Of a stretch of 39,746 bases of DNA, positions 7,987-16,737 are shown piece by piece. The notes under the pieces are model-generated. The model saw only the letters and a list, made by a program, of their open reading frames with translations, did no database searches and was not told where the DNA came from. Source of the DNA: Thermoplasmata archaeon (GTDB lineage Archaea; Thermoplasmatota; Thermoplasmata; Lutacidiplasmatales; UBA184); the NCBI GenBank assembly GCA_030041735.1, contig JASIBA010000080.1, forward strand, positions 1 to 39,746. Direction: 5' to 3'. How positions within the stretch are numbered: the stretch's first letter is position 1; each line of letters begins with the position of its first letter. The translations under genes and the position numbers were made by a program.

Positions 7987-8891
7987 GCCGCGGCCTCCCC
8001 CGCGGCCGGGCCGTACGCCGCGTACGGCATCGGGGGCGCCCAGTCCGTGGATCGCAACAGATGCCGCAGGAGGTCGACCCCGTCGGCGAGCCGCGGTCCG
8101 GGACGGGAGAAGTACGCCTCGTCCGCGAGGAAGACCCCTCGCCCGGGCCGCAGGGCGCCCACGGCTTCGCGGAGCAGCGGATGCTCCAGCTCGCGCCGCG
8201 TCCGCTCGACCGAGAAGCTGCAGGGGCTCAGCACGACCAGGTCGGCAGCCATCGCGGCGAGCTCCGACCAGCTCGTCCGCACCCCGGTCCGCCCCGAACG
8301 GGGTCCGAGGGTGGTGCCACCTGCGGCCCGGATGAGATCCGGGACCCAGAGGCCGGCGAGGATCGGCGGGTCCAACCACTCCACGACCGCGACGCGCGCG
8401 GGCGTCCCCGACCGGCGACTCGGCCGGCTACGCGCCCGTAGACGGCCGGAGAGCTCCCGCCCCGCATCGGGATCGTCGATCTCCCGGGCGATCTGCGCGA
8501 CTGTTTCCCATACGCCCGCGAGCGAGCGCGGGGTCAGCGAGACGATGCGGGGCGCCACGTCGGCGATGGCACACGCGGCGGCCACCTCGGCCTCTGTGAC
8601 CGAGCAGACCCCACACAGGTCCTGGGTGAGGATCAGGTCCGGCCGCAGCCGGCGCAGCAGATCGATGTCCAGCTCGTAGAGGCTCTCCTTCCTCTTCCGG
8701 GCCGCCTGGACCCTCCGATCGATCTCGGCGGACGGCCGATCCGAGTCGAGCGTGCGCGGCCGCATGACGACCGGAAGGCCCGCGACGCTCGCCGGATAAT
8801 CGCACTCGGCGCTGCGTCCGACGAGCTCCGGTTCGTGCCCCAGGGCGCATGCGATCTCGGTGGCGCTCGGGAGCACGGAGACGATGCGCAT
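7983..8891 (-). CDS. BtuF-like cobalamin/Fe-complex-binding protein
   Basis: MRIVSVLPSATEIACALG, VGRSAECDYP, PDLILTQDLCGVC and YFSRPGPRL. Confidence 0.88.
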   Translation of the reverse strand: MRIVSVLPSATEIACALGHEPELVGRSAECDYPASVAGLPVVMRPRTLDSDRPSAEIDRRVQAARKRKESLYELDIDLLRRLRPDLILTQDLCGVCSVTEAEVAAACAIADVAPRIVSLTPRSLAGVWETVAQIAREIDDPDAGRELSGRLRARSRPSRRSGTPARVAVVEWLDPPILAGLWVPDLIRAAGGTTLGPRSGRTGVRTSWSELAAMAADLVVLSPCSFSVERTRRELEHPLLREAVGALRPGRGVFLADEAYFSRPGPRLADGVDLLRHLLRSTDWAPPMPYAAYGPAAGEAAA

Positions 8892-8927
8892 CGCCGTCGA
8901 CGTCCGAGCTTCGGAGCCGGCGCGGCC

Positions 8928-10061
8928 CTACTTACGTTTGCGGTTCGCCGGCCGGCGTGCCGGGGTCCGGGGCTTCGCCACGGCCGTCGTCTTGCGCACC
9001 GGGCGTCGTGCGGGCCGCCGCGCCGGCGATCGCTTCGGGACCGGTGCCCGAACGGGACGCCGCCGGGGAGCGGGGGCCCGGCGCGGTCCCGGCTCCGGGA
9101 CACCCGGGAGGGCCGGCGCCGGGAGGCCCAGGTGCTGGCAGAGTGCGCTCTCCCGTTCGAAGGAGAGTCCCAGACGACGGGATTCCTCTCGCTCGCGCTC
9201 GGCGGCGGGGCCCTCGCCCGTGCGTTCGAGCGCGACCGCGTGGAGGAAGCGGAGTTGCGGGTCCTCGGGACTCGACGCCAGCATCGCCTCGAGCTCGACG
9301 CGGGCCGCCGGCCAGTCCCCCAGGTCGACCAGCGCGGCGACCAGGTGGGCGCGCACCTCGACCCGTGCCTCGTCCTCGCCCAGGAGCGTCCGGTAGATCG
9401 CGATCTCCTCGCGGGGCTTGGCCCGGGCGCCGAGGACCGCCGCGAGCCCGAGCCGGGCGTCGAGGTCGTCCGGTCGCGTGGTGAGGATCTCCTGGAAAAG
9501 GCGCTCGGCATCGGCCACGAGCCCGAGCCCGAGGAGGGAGCGCGCGATGCCGATGCGCGCCGGCCCGAATCCGTCCTTCATGTCCAGCGCCTGACGATAG
9601 AAGCGCAGCGCCAGGGCCGGCACACCCCAGTCCAGCCACGTGCGGGCCCGTCCCATGACCGCGTCCAGCTGCTGGGCGCTCGGGAGCAGGCGGGCTCGGG
9701 GCTCGGGCGGGGGCCGGGGCTCTTCGCCGAGATAGGACTCGAGGCCGAGCTGCCGGGCGAGCTCGGCGAAGCGGGAACCCTCCACCAGCGTCCCGGAGCG
9801 CTGAAGGACCTCTGCGGTGAGCGCGAGCGGGAGACGTCCCGGGGTCAGCACGACCAGCCGGGGGGAGCCGGCGCCGACGTCCCCGGCGATCCGGCGGATG
9901 CCCTCCAAGGAGACCTCGTTGGGGTCCTCCAGAAACGCGTAGAGGAATCCGTCGCCCGTCCGCAGGACCAACCCTTCGGGGATCGTCTTCGCGGCGTCCA
10001 TCCGCTGGCCCATGGCCGCGACCAGCCCGTTGGCCAGCTGGACGAACGTCGGCGACGCCAT
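8928..10061 (-). CDS. TPR-repeat protein with N-terminal alpha/beta domain and Arg/Lys/Pro-rich C-terminal tail
   Basis: TPR-like helices (ALRFYRQALDMK, AERLFQEILTTRPDDLDARLGLA, EIAIYRTLL). ATG 10061 lies 23 nt from a TATA box. Confidence 0.85.
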   Translation of the reverse strand: MASPTFVQLANGLVAAMGQRMDAAKTIPEGLVLRTGDGFLYAFLEDPNEVSLEGIRRIAGDVGAGSPRLVVLTPGRLPLALTAEVLQRSGTLVEGSRFAELARQLGLESYLGEEPRPPPEPRARLLPSAQQLDAVMGRARTWLDWGVPALALRFYRQALDMKDGFGPARIGIARSLLGLGLVADAERLFQEILTTRPDDLDARLGLAAVLGARAKPREEIAIYRTLLGEDEARVEVRAHLVAALVDLGDWPAARVELEAMLASSPEDPQLRFLHAVALERTGEGPAAEREREESRRLGLSFERESALCQHLGLPAPALPGVPEPGPRRAPAPRRRPVRAPVPKRSPARRPARRPVRKTTAVAKPRTPARRPANRKRK

Positions 10062-10084
10062 CGCCGGCGGCAGCGCGGGGTTCA

Positions 10085-10091
10085 TTATATA
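10085..10091. promoter_or_regulatory. Bidirectional TATA box
   Basis: TTATATA in a GC-rich context, 23 nt from ATG 10061 (-) and 24 nt from GTG 10116 (+). Confidence 0.75.
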
Positions 10092-10115
10092 GCTCGGAGT
10101 CCACGCGCAGCCGCC

Positions 10116-11177
10116 GTGCGCCTCGCGGAGCTCTTCGGATATCTTCCGCGGATCGAGGCCGAGCTGCGCGCCTCCTACGCGACCGCCCGGCGCTCGGCGC
10201 CCCCGACCGTCCGGCCGTTCCTCGACGTGAACCGGGAGTTCACCCTGCGCGGCGGCAAGCGCTTCCGCGCGATCCTGGTCCTCGCCGGGTACCACCTCGC
10301 CACCGGGCGCGCGCCCGACCCCGCGATCCGGGCCGCGGCGGCGCTCGAGCACTTCCAGAGCTGGATGCTGATCCACGACGACATCATCGATCACGCGGAG
10401 GAGCGTCGGGGGGGACCGGCCGTCCACCGGTCGCTCGCCGCGTCGCACCGCGCCGGGGCCGCGTTGGGATCGAGCGACGACTACGGGCTCGGGATCGGGA
10501 TCACGGTCGGCGACCTCGAGGAGCCGTTCACGGTCGATGCGCTGCTGACCGCCCCGGCCCCTCCCGCGGCCCGGCTCGCTGCGCTCGCGGAGTACGTCCG
10601 CATGACGCGACTCACGGCCTACGGCCAGTTGCTCGACATCCGGAACGGCACGCTCGATCCGGGCACGGTGACCGAGGCGGACGTGCTCCGCGTCCACGAG
10701 CTCAAGTCGGCGATCTATACGGTGGCGGCCCCGCTCGAGATCGGCGCGCTGCTGGGAGGTCAGCGGCCGGCGACGCTCGGCGACCTGGACGCGGTCGGCC
10801 GGGACCTCGGGGTCGCGTTCCAGCTCCGGGACGACGTGCTCGGCGCGGGGTTCGACGCGGACGCCACGGGGAAGAGCCCGAACGATCTTCCCGAGGGGAA
10901 GCGGACTCTGCTGGTCGTCCGCGCATGGGCCGAAGGGAACCCCGACGACCGCGCGCGGCTCGTCCGGGTGCTCGGTCGCGCGGACGCGTCGCCCGCCGAG
11001 ATCGAGGACGCGCGGGCGGTGATCCGGCGCACGGGCAGCCTCGCCTACTCCGAGCGTCGCATCGACGCGCTCACGCGACGCGCCCTCGCCCGCCTCGACC
11101 GGAGCCGGGCGATCCGTGCGATGGGGAAGCCGCTGGTCCGCGAGATCGCCGACGTGCTGGTGCGGCGGCGGGCCTGA
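10116..11177 (+). CDS. idsA: Polyprenyl diphosphate synthase (GGPP synthase)
   Basis: GGKRFR, LIHDDIID..RRG (FARM), GQLLD, KSAIYT, FQLRDDVL and DLPEGK. Confidence 0.93.
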   Translation: MRLAELFGYLPRIEAELRASYATARRSAPPTVRPFLDVNREFTLRGGKRFRAILVLAGYHLATGRAPDPAIRAAAALEHFQSWMLIHDDIIDHAEERRGGPAVHRSLAASHRAGAALGSSDDYGLGIGITVGDLEEPFTVDALLTAPAPPAARLAALAEYVRMTRLTAYGQLLDIRNGTLDPGTVTEADVLRVHELKSAIYTVAAPLEIGALLGGQRPATLGDLDAVGRDLGVAFQLRDDVLGAGFDADATGKSPNDLPEGKRTLLVVRAWAEGNPDDRARLVRVLGRADASPAEIEDARAVIRRTGSLAYSERRIDALTRRALARLDRSRAIRAMGKPLVREIADVLVRRRA

Positions 11178-11183
11178 GCGATC

Positions 11184-11561
11184 CTACTCTTCGGCGGCGC
11201 CGGTGGCCGGGTTCACTCCGGCGGCCTGCAGGGCCTGGCTCAGCTCCTGCTGCATGGTGGTGTAGCGCTCGCGGAGGTGGTTCTCCTGGCGCTCGAGAGC
11301 CTTGACCCGGACCTCGAGGGTCTCCTTCTCCTCCGTCAACAGGTCCTCGACCTCCTTCTTGCTCTTCGCCCGGACGAGCAGTCCGCCGACCGGCCGGTAG
11401 ATCACCGCATCGTCGGCGAGCGGCTTCAGCTCCTCGAGCGTGTGCGTCACCTCGCGCAGCTTGAGGTCCATCTGCAGGCGCTGCTGCTGCGCGCCGCCCA
11501 GCTCCTGCTGGAGGCGCTGGAACTGCTTGAGATCGTTCTGGAGCTTCGCGGGCAGGGCCAC
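11184..11561 (-). CDS. pfdB: Prefoldin subunit beta
   Basis: LPAKLQNDLKQFQRLQQEL, VIYRPVGGLLV and LTEEKETLEVRVKALERQE coiled coils. Confidence 0.95.
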   Translation of the reverse strand: MALPAKLQNDLKQFQRLQQELGGAQQQRLQMDLKLREVTHTLEELKPLADDAVIYRPVGGLLVRAKSKKEVEDLLTEEKETLEVRVKALERQENHLRERYTTMQQELSQALQAAGVNPATGAAEE

Positions 11562-11623
11562 GTCCGGCTCACGGCCCCCCGAAGATAAGCGCTTCGGAAC
11601 CGCGGGGCGGTCGGCGGCCGGGA

Positions 11624-11890
11624 TCAGCGGGCCGCGGCGCGCCGGGTCGCCACCGCGAGCTGGATCCAGCCGAGATAGGTGTTCGTCGCCGCCCGCATCG
11701 CGCCGGTGTCCGCAGCCTCGATCGCGAGGCGGACCGTCGCGCCGTCGGCCGGGCCCAGCGTCGCGCGGGCGCGCGGAACCTCGCGGGCGACCTCGGGCCC
11801 GAGCGTGCGGGTCAACGCCTCGGCGAGTCCGGCGCTCGCGCAGTGGAGGTCGAGCCGCGCCGACCAGACCGGCGGAGGCCCCTCGCTCAT
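11624..11890 (-). CDS. pcc1: KEOPS complex subunit Pcc1
   Basis: 88 aa; IEAADTGAMRAATNTYLGWI. Adjacent to pfdB as is usual in archaea, with an ATGA overlap with purB. Confidence 0.88.
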   Translation of the reverse strand: MSEGPPPVWSARLDLHCASAGLAEALTRTLGPEVAREVPRARATLGPADGATVRLAIEAADTGAMRAATNTYLGWIQLAVATRRAAAR

Positions 11891-13251
11891 GCGGTGAGAT
11901 CGGCGTCCAGCGAAGCGAGGATGCGGTCCGTCTTTTCCGCGGCGGAACGCACGTACGCGGCGGGGTCCACGAGCGCGCGGATCTCCGCTTCCGAGAGGAG
12001 CGCGGTCACCGACGGCTCCGCCAGCGCCCGGTCCGCGAGAGGAGGGCCCTTCCCGGGGTCCCGGGTGAGCCGCCGCAGCAGCTCGTGGGCGTCGCCCCGG
12101 GCGATCCCCTTGGTCGTCAGGGCGAGCATGAGGCTCTCGGCCATCGCCGCGGTCGATCCCGCGACGATCTCGCGCATGCGGTCCGGATCGACCCGGAGTC
12201 CCGCGAAGACTTCGGCCAGCTTTCCGAGGAGGTCGTCGGTCAGGACGATCGCGTGTGGGAGCACGATGCGCTCGTTGGCCGAGTTCGCGAGGTCGCGCTC
12301 GTGCCACTGGACCATGTTCTCGAGCGGCGGCAGCGCGAACGCCCGGACCAACCGGGCCAGGCTGGAGATGTTCTCCGAGACGATCGGATTGCGCTTCTGG
12401 GCCATCGTGGAGCTGCCCACCTGGCGGGCCTCGTCGAACGGCTCGGCGACCTCGCCGATCTCGGTCCGCTGCAGGTTCCGCACCTCGGTCGAGAGCCGCT
12501 CGGCGGAGCTCGCGACCAGCGCGAGCCAGTTGGTGAACTCGGCGAGGCGGTCCCGACCGACGATCTGCGTCGGCGCCTCGTCGGCCGCGATGCCGAGGCG
12601 GCGCATGACCCCGGCCTCGACGGCCTGCGCCCGCGGGCCGAACCCCGCCCCGGTCCCGACCGCGCCGGCCATCTTGCCGACCGCGACCCGCGGCAGCAGT
12701 TGATCGAGGCGCCGGCGGTGCCGGGCGAACTCGGCCGCGGCGACCGCCATCTTGTGACCGAAGCTGATCGGGATGCCGTGCTGTCCGTGGGTGCGCGCGA
12801 TCTCAGGGCTCTCCCGGTACCGCCGGGCGAGTCCCGCCAGGATCCGGACGAGGTGCGTGAGGTCGTTCCGCAGGACCGCCCCTGTCTCCTGCAGCTCCAG
12901 GGCCAGCGCCGTCTCGGTGATGTCGGCGCTGGTGGCCCCGAAGTGGACCCAGCGACCTCCGTCGCCGGACGCGGCCGCGAGCGCGCGCGTCATCGCCATC
13001 ACGTCGTGGTGGAGCGACCGCTCGAGCTCGTCGACCTGGGCCACGGAAACGTGCTCGAGCGTCGCGGCCTGCGCGATCGCGCGCGCGGCGTCGGACGGGA
13101 TCATGCCCAGCTCGGCTTCGGCCGAAGCGAGCGCCGCCTCCACGCGGAGCGCGCGCAGCAACCGCGCATCCCGCGAGAAGAGCGAGCGGGTCGAATCCCG
13201 CCCGTACCGGAACTCGAGCGGACAGAAGAGCGACCCCGGGTCGTCCGTCAC
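11887..13251 (-). CDS. purB: Adenylosuccinate lyase
   Basis: HHDVMA, VHFGATSADI, ARTHGQH and the signature GSSTMAQKRNP. TATATA at 13273-13278. Confidence 0.96.
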   Translation of the reverse strand: MTDDPGSLFCPLEFRYGRDSTRSLFSRDARLLRALRVEAALASAEAELGMIPSDAARAIAQAATLEHVSVAQVDELERSLHHDVMAMTRALAAASGDGGRWVHFGATSADITETALALELQETGAVLRNDLTHLVRILAGLARRYRESPEIARTHGQHGIPISFGHKMAVAAAEFARHRRRLDQLLPRVAVGKMAGAVGTGAGFGPRAQAVEAGVMRRLGIAADEAPTQIVGRDRLAEFTNWLALVASSAERLSTEVRNLQRTEIGEVAEPFDEARQVGSSTMAQKRNPIVSENISSLARLVRAFALPPLENMVQWHERDLANSANERIVLPHAIVLTDDLLGKLAEVFAGLRVDPDRMREIVAGSTAAMAESLMLALTTKGIARGDAHELLRRLTRDPGKGPPLADRALAEPSVTALLSEAEIRALVDPAAYVRSAAEKTDRILASLDADLTA

Positions 13252-13284
13252 ACGGGGGAACCCGGCCCCGCCTATATAGCGGTG

Positions 13285-14064
13285 TTACCGGGGCTCGGTG
13301 GCGGCTCGGGCGGGACCGTCTCCCGGGCGCTCGAGTCGCCGCAGGACCCGGTCGATCCCGGTCCCGTACTGCAGCGCTCGCTTCGGACGCGTCGCCACCG
13401 AACGAGGCAGGCCGCGGTGCTCGGCCCAGCGGCGGAACAGCGCCTTCGGCTCGGGTCCCGGAAGCCGAAGACTGATCGGGATGGACTGCGCCGCGCGGAC
13501 GAAGGGGGGCTCGAGATAGGGGCACTCCAGGCGCGCGCCCAGCTCCCCGGCGATCGCACGGGCCCGTACCGCGTCGGTCCCCTGGAGCCGCGCCAGATCC
13601 ACGTCCGAGCGTTCCGCCGCCGCGCGGGGGTCCAGCCCCCGGAAATGCGCGTATCCGAGGAACAGTTCGTCCGCTCCCTGCCCGCATACCCACGGCCCGG
13701 GACCCGCCGACGCCATCGCCAGGGCGAGACCCAGCAGCGGGACCGCCCGGCTCCGGGGGAGATCGCGCAGCAGCGGCGCCCAGCGGTCCCGGGCCGCCTC
13801 GACCGTCCCGGGATGGATTTCGATCTCGTGGACGGCGGTCCCGAGCTCCGCCGCGCTAGCGCGCGCGGCCTGCCGATCGGGGCTCGAGGGCAGTCCGATG
13901 ACCAGCAGCCGGATCCCGTCGCGGCGGCGAAGCTCCCACGCGAGCAAGCCCGAATCGACGCCCCCCGAGAAGAGGACAGTGAGCGGCGGGGGCCCCCGCC
14001 CCGCTCCGGTGATCGAGGCTTCGAAGGCCGTGTCCAGGCGGTCGAACGCTTCCGCTTCGTCCAC
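13285..14064 (-). CDS. Asparagine synthase C-terminal-like PP-loop ATPase (no glutaminase domain)
   Basis: VLFSGGVDSGLL, GQGADELFLGY, CPYLEP and RPKRALQYGTG. Likely start GTG 14064. Confidence 0.88.
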   Translation of the reverse strand: MDEAEAFDRLDTAFEASITGAGRGPPPLTVLFSGGVDSGLLAWELRRRDGIRLLVIGLPSSPDRQAARASAAELGTAVHEIEIHPGTVEAARDRWAPLLRDLPRSRAVPLLGLALAMASAGPGPWVCGQGADELFLGYAHFRGLDPRAAAERSDVDLARLQGTDAVRARAIAGELGARLECPYLEPPFVRAAQSIPISLRLPGPEPKALFRRWAEHRGLPRSVATRPKRALQYGTGIDRVLRRLERPGDGPARAATEPR

Positions 14065-14117
14065 GGCTGTCGCCGCCGGTCCGACGCCCCCGCCGCGAGC
14101 ACTTATCGTCTCGGGCG

Positions 14118-14717
14118 GTGCGTCCGGTCGTGGCGCCGGAGGGCGAGCGGACGTCCGGGGGGGTCGCGGTCCGTCGCGCATTGTTCGTGGACCGGGACGG
14201 AACGTTGAACCCGGACCTGCACTATCTGGCAGACGCGGAGCGCGTGGAGCTCTTCCGGGGCGTCGGGCGCGCGCTCTCGCTCGCGCACGAGCACGGGTTC
14301 CTGACGGTCTGCGTCACCAACCAATCGGGGATCGAGCGCGGGCTGTACACCGATCGCGACGTGGAACGGATCCACGCGCGGCTGAACGAACGGCTGCGGC
14401 CGGAGCGCGCGCAGATCGACGCGTTCTACTACTGCCCGCACGCCCCGGAGCACGGATGCGCCTGCCGGAAGCCGGGCACGCTGCTGTTCGAGCAGGCGCG
14501 CGATGCGTGGAACATCGACCTCGGGGCGAGCGCGGTCGTCGGCGACCGGGAGCTCGACATCGAGGCGGGCCGCCGCATCGGGGCGCTCACCGCCCTCGTG
14601 CCCCGGCCCGACCGGGAGGCACGGGTCGAGGCGGACCTGGCCGAGCGGGGGATCACGCCCGATCTGGTCGCGTCGACCTTCGAGAACGCGGTCCTCCGCA
14701 TCCTCGCCCGCGGTTGA
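14118..14717 (+). CDS. HAD-IIIA phosphatase (GmhB/histidinol-phosphatase-like)
   Basis: FVDRDGTLN, VTNQSGI, YYCPH..CACRKP and VGDRELDIEAG. Confidence 0.92.
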   Translation: MRPVVAPEGERTSGGVAVRRALFVDRDGTLNPDLHYLADAERVELFRGVGRALSLAHEHGFLTVCVTNQSGIERGLYTDRDVERIHARLNERLRPERAQIDAFYYCPHAPEHGCACRKPGTLLFEQARDAWNIDLGASAVVGDRELDIEAGRRIGALTALVPRPDREARVEADLAERGITPDLVASTFENAVLRILARG

Positions 14718-14778
14718 GCCACCACCGCCCCGTCCGGAAGGAGTTAAGCGCCCCGCCCGCTCGCGCCCCGGGCGACCC

Positions 14779-15540
14779 TTGGTGCTTGGACTGTGGCCGG
14801 CGGTCACCGGCGCGGCGGTCACCGTGGGGCTGGCGACCGGCGCGGTCATGGCGCGGGCGCTGACCCCCGTGGCGGGCGGCGTGGCCGCGGTGTTCGGGAT
14901 CGTGATCGTAGTGTTCGCCGGGTTCCCCTACCTGGCCCTGATGATCCTGTTCGTCGTCGCGAGCGTCCTGGCCACCCGGTTCCGCTTCGAACGGAAGCGT
15001 CGGGCGAACCTCCAGGAAGGCGCGGCCGGGGAGCGCGGGGTGTCCAACGTGGTCGCGCACATCGTGATCCCGACGGGGCTCGCCCTCGCCGGCGGCTGGG
15101 GCGCCCCGCTGCTCGCGGGACCGGCGCTGGCGGTGCTCTACGCCAGCGCGCTCGCCTTCGGGGCGGCCGACACGTTCGCGAGCGAGATCGGCGTGCTCGC
15201 CGGCAGGGCCCGCAGTATCCTCACGTTTCGGCCCGTACCCGCCGGGACGAACGGCGGCGTCTCGGGCACGGGCGAAGCGTGGGGCCTCATCGGGGCGGTC
15301 ACGACCGCGCTCGTGGGCCTCGGGCTGTTCGCGGCGTTCGCCGCCCCGCTGCCGGCGCCGTGGCTGTTCGTCGTGATCGTCGTCGTCGCCGGGTTCCTGG
15401 GCTGCCAGGTCGATTCCGTGCTCGGCGAGACGCTGGAGAACCGGGGCTACCTCACGAAGGGGTCCACCAACTTCCTCGGCATGCTGTCGGCCGTCGCGAT
15501 CGCCGCGCTCCTCCTGCACGGAGCCGGGGGCCGGCTCTGA
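14779..15540 (+). CDS. DUF92 (TMEM19/COG1836) membrane protein
   Basis: RGVSNVVAH, ADTFASEIG, VPAGTNGGVS, DSVLGETLE and STNFL. TATA-like gttaag at about 14742-14748. Confidence 0.9.
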   Translation: MVLGLWPAVTGAAVTVGLATGAVMARALTPVAGGVAAVFGIVIVVFAGFPYLALMILFVVASVLATRFRFERKRRANLQEGAAGERGVSNVVAHIVIPTGLALAGGWGAPLLAGPALAVLYASALAFGAADTFASEIGVLAGRARSILTFRPVPAGTNGGVSGTGEAWGLIGAVTTALVGLGLFAAFAAPLPAPWLFVVIVVVAGFLGCQVDSVLGETLENRGYLTKGSTNFLGMLSAVAIAALLLHGAGGRL

Positions 15541-16223
15541 CGCCCCCCGGGTCGGGGGCGCTCGTGCTGCTCTCCGGAGGGATGGACTCCGGGACCTGCC
15601 TCGCGATCGCCCGGCGTCGCCACGCGCGCGTCGCGGCGCTCACGGTGGTGTACGGCCAGCGGCACGCCCGCGAGATCCGGGCCGCCCGGGCGCTGGCGCG
15701 CCACTACCGAGTCCGCGAACACCGCGTGCTATCGATCCCACTCGCCGGCCTCGTCCGCTCCTCGCTCACCGACCGACGCCGATCCCTCCCCACCGGCGGT
15801 CCGCGCCCCGGCCGGATCCCCAGCACCTACGTCCCGGCCCGCAACACGATCCTGCTCGCGCTCGCGCTGGGGTACGCGGAGAGCCACCGGCTCGATCGGA
15901 TCTACATCGGCGCGAACGCGATCGACTATTCCGGCTACCCCGATTGTCGGCCGGAGTTCCTCCGGGCGTTCGAGCGCGTCGCGAGGCTCGGAACGCGGGC
16001 TGGGGTCGAGGGGCGACCGCGGATCCGCGTTCTCGCGCCGCTCCTGCGCGACTCGAAGGCGGATATCGTGCGGCGGGGGGAACGACTTCGCGTGCCCTGG
16101 CAGCTTACGTGGAGCTGCTACCGTGGCGGTCGCCGGCCGTGCGGCGTCTGCGACTCGTGCCGTCTGCGGGCCCGGGGGTTCCGTCAGGCCGGCGTCCGCG
16201 ACCCACTGGAACGCAAGCGCTAG
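15537..16223 (+). CDS. queC: 7-cyano-7-deazaguanine synthase
   Basis: LLSGGMDS, YGQRH, TYVPARN, DYSGYPDCR and TWSCY..CGVCDSC. The start is probably CTG 15537, overlapping the upstream TGA. Confidence 0.95.
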   Translation: MTPPGSGALVLLSGGMDSGTCLAIARRRHARVAALTVVYGQRHAREIRAARALARHYRVREHRVLSIPLAGLVRSSLTDRRRSLPTGGPRPGRIPSTYVPARNTILLALALGYAESHRLDRIYIGANAIDYSGYPDCRPEFLRAFERVARLGTRAGVEGRPRIRVLAPLLRDSKADIVRRGERLRVPWQLTWSCYRGGRRPCGVCDSCRLRARGFRQAGVRDPLERKR

Positions 16224-16672
16224 GCCGTCTTCGCGGGCGTGGCGGCCGGGGCCGGCGCCGGGGGAGGCACGGGCGGGACGGGCTGCGTGCAGAACGCGCA
16301 GCGCGTGGCCGCGATCGGGATCGTCGACGCGCACTGCGGGCAGGCGCGCGTGGTCGCCGCGGCCTGGGCGGCCTTCCGGTCCTTGTAGCGCTGGTAGGGC
16401 AGGGCGATCAGGAAGAACACGACGACCGCGACGATGATGAACGACAGCAGCGCGTTCACGAAGACCCCCTGCATGAACGTACTCCCGTTGACGGTGTAGG
16501 TCCACGACGAGAAGTTCACGTGGAAGAAGATCCCGATGAGCGGGGTGATCAGGTCCGCGACCAGGTCCTCCACGACGGCGGCGAACGCCGCGCCGATGAC
16601 GAAGGCGATCGCCAGCTGGACGAGGTTGCCCTGATTGATGAACTTCACGAAGTCTTCGCGGATCGACGACAT
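16220..16672 (-). CDS. mscL: Large-conductance mechanosensitive channel with C-terminal zinc ribbon
   Basis: DFVKFINQGNLVQLAIAFVIGAAF, GVFVNALLSFIIVA; C-terminal CPQC..CAFC. Confidence 0.92.
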   Translation of the reverse strand: MSSIREDFVKFINQGNLVQLAIAFVIGAAFAAVVEDLVADLITPLIGIFFHVNFSSWTYTVNGSTFMQGVFVNALLSFIIVAVVVFFLIALPYQRYKDRKAAQAAATTRACPQCASTIPIAATRCAFCTQPVPPVPPPAPAPAATPAKTA

Positions 16673-16737
16673 GGGCCTCTCCGGGTTGGACGCGGGCGGA
16701 CCGAGGGACCACTACTTGATGATTCCGGCCGAGCGCC

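Noticed and set aside
8835-10115. N-terminal extension making a 780-aa GGPP synthase fusion
   Set aside because: It is the antisense shadow of the TPR gene; the TATA box and motif positions place the start at 10116.
11440-14208. 922-aa plus-strand ORF and the many other long Arg/Pro/Gly-rich ORFs
   Set aside because: They are shadow frames of recognised genes, caused by stop-codon scarcity at high GC.
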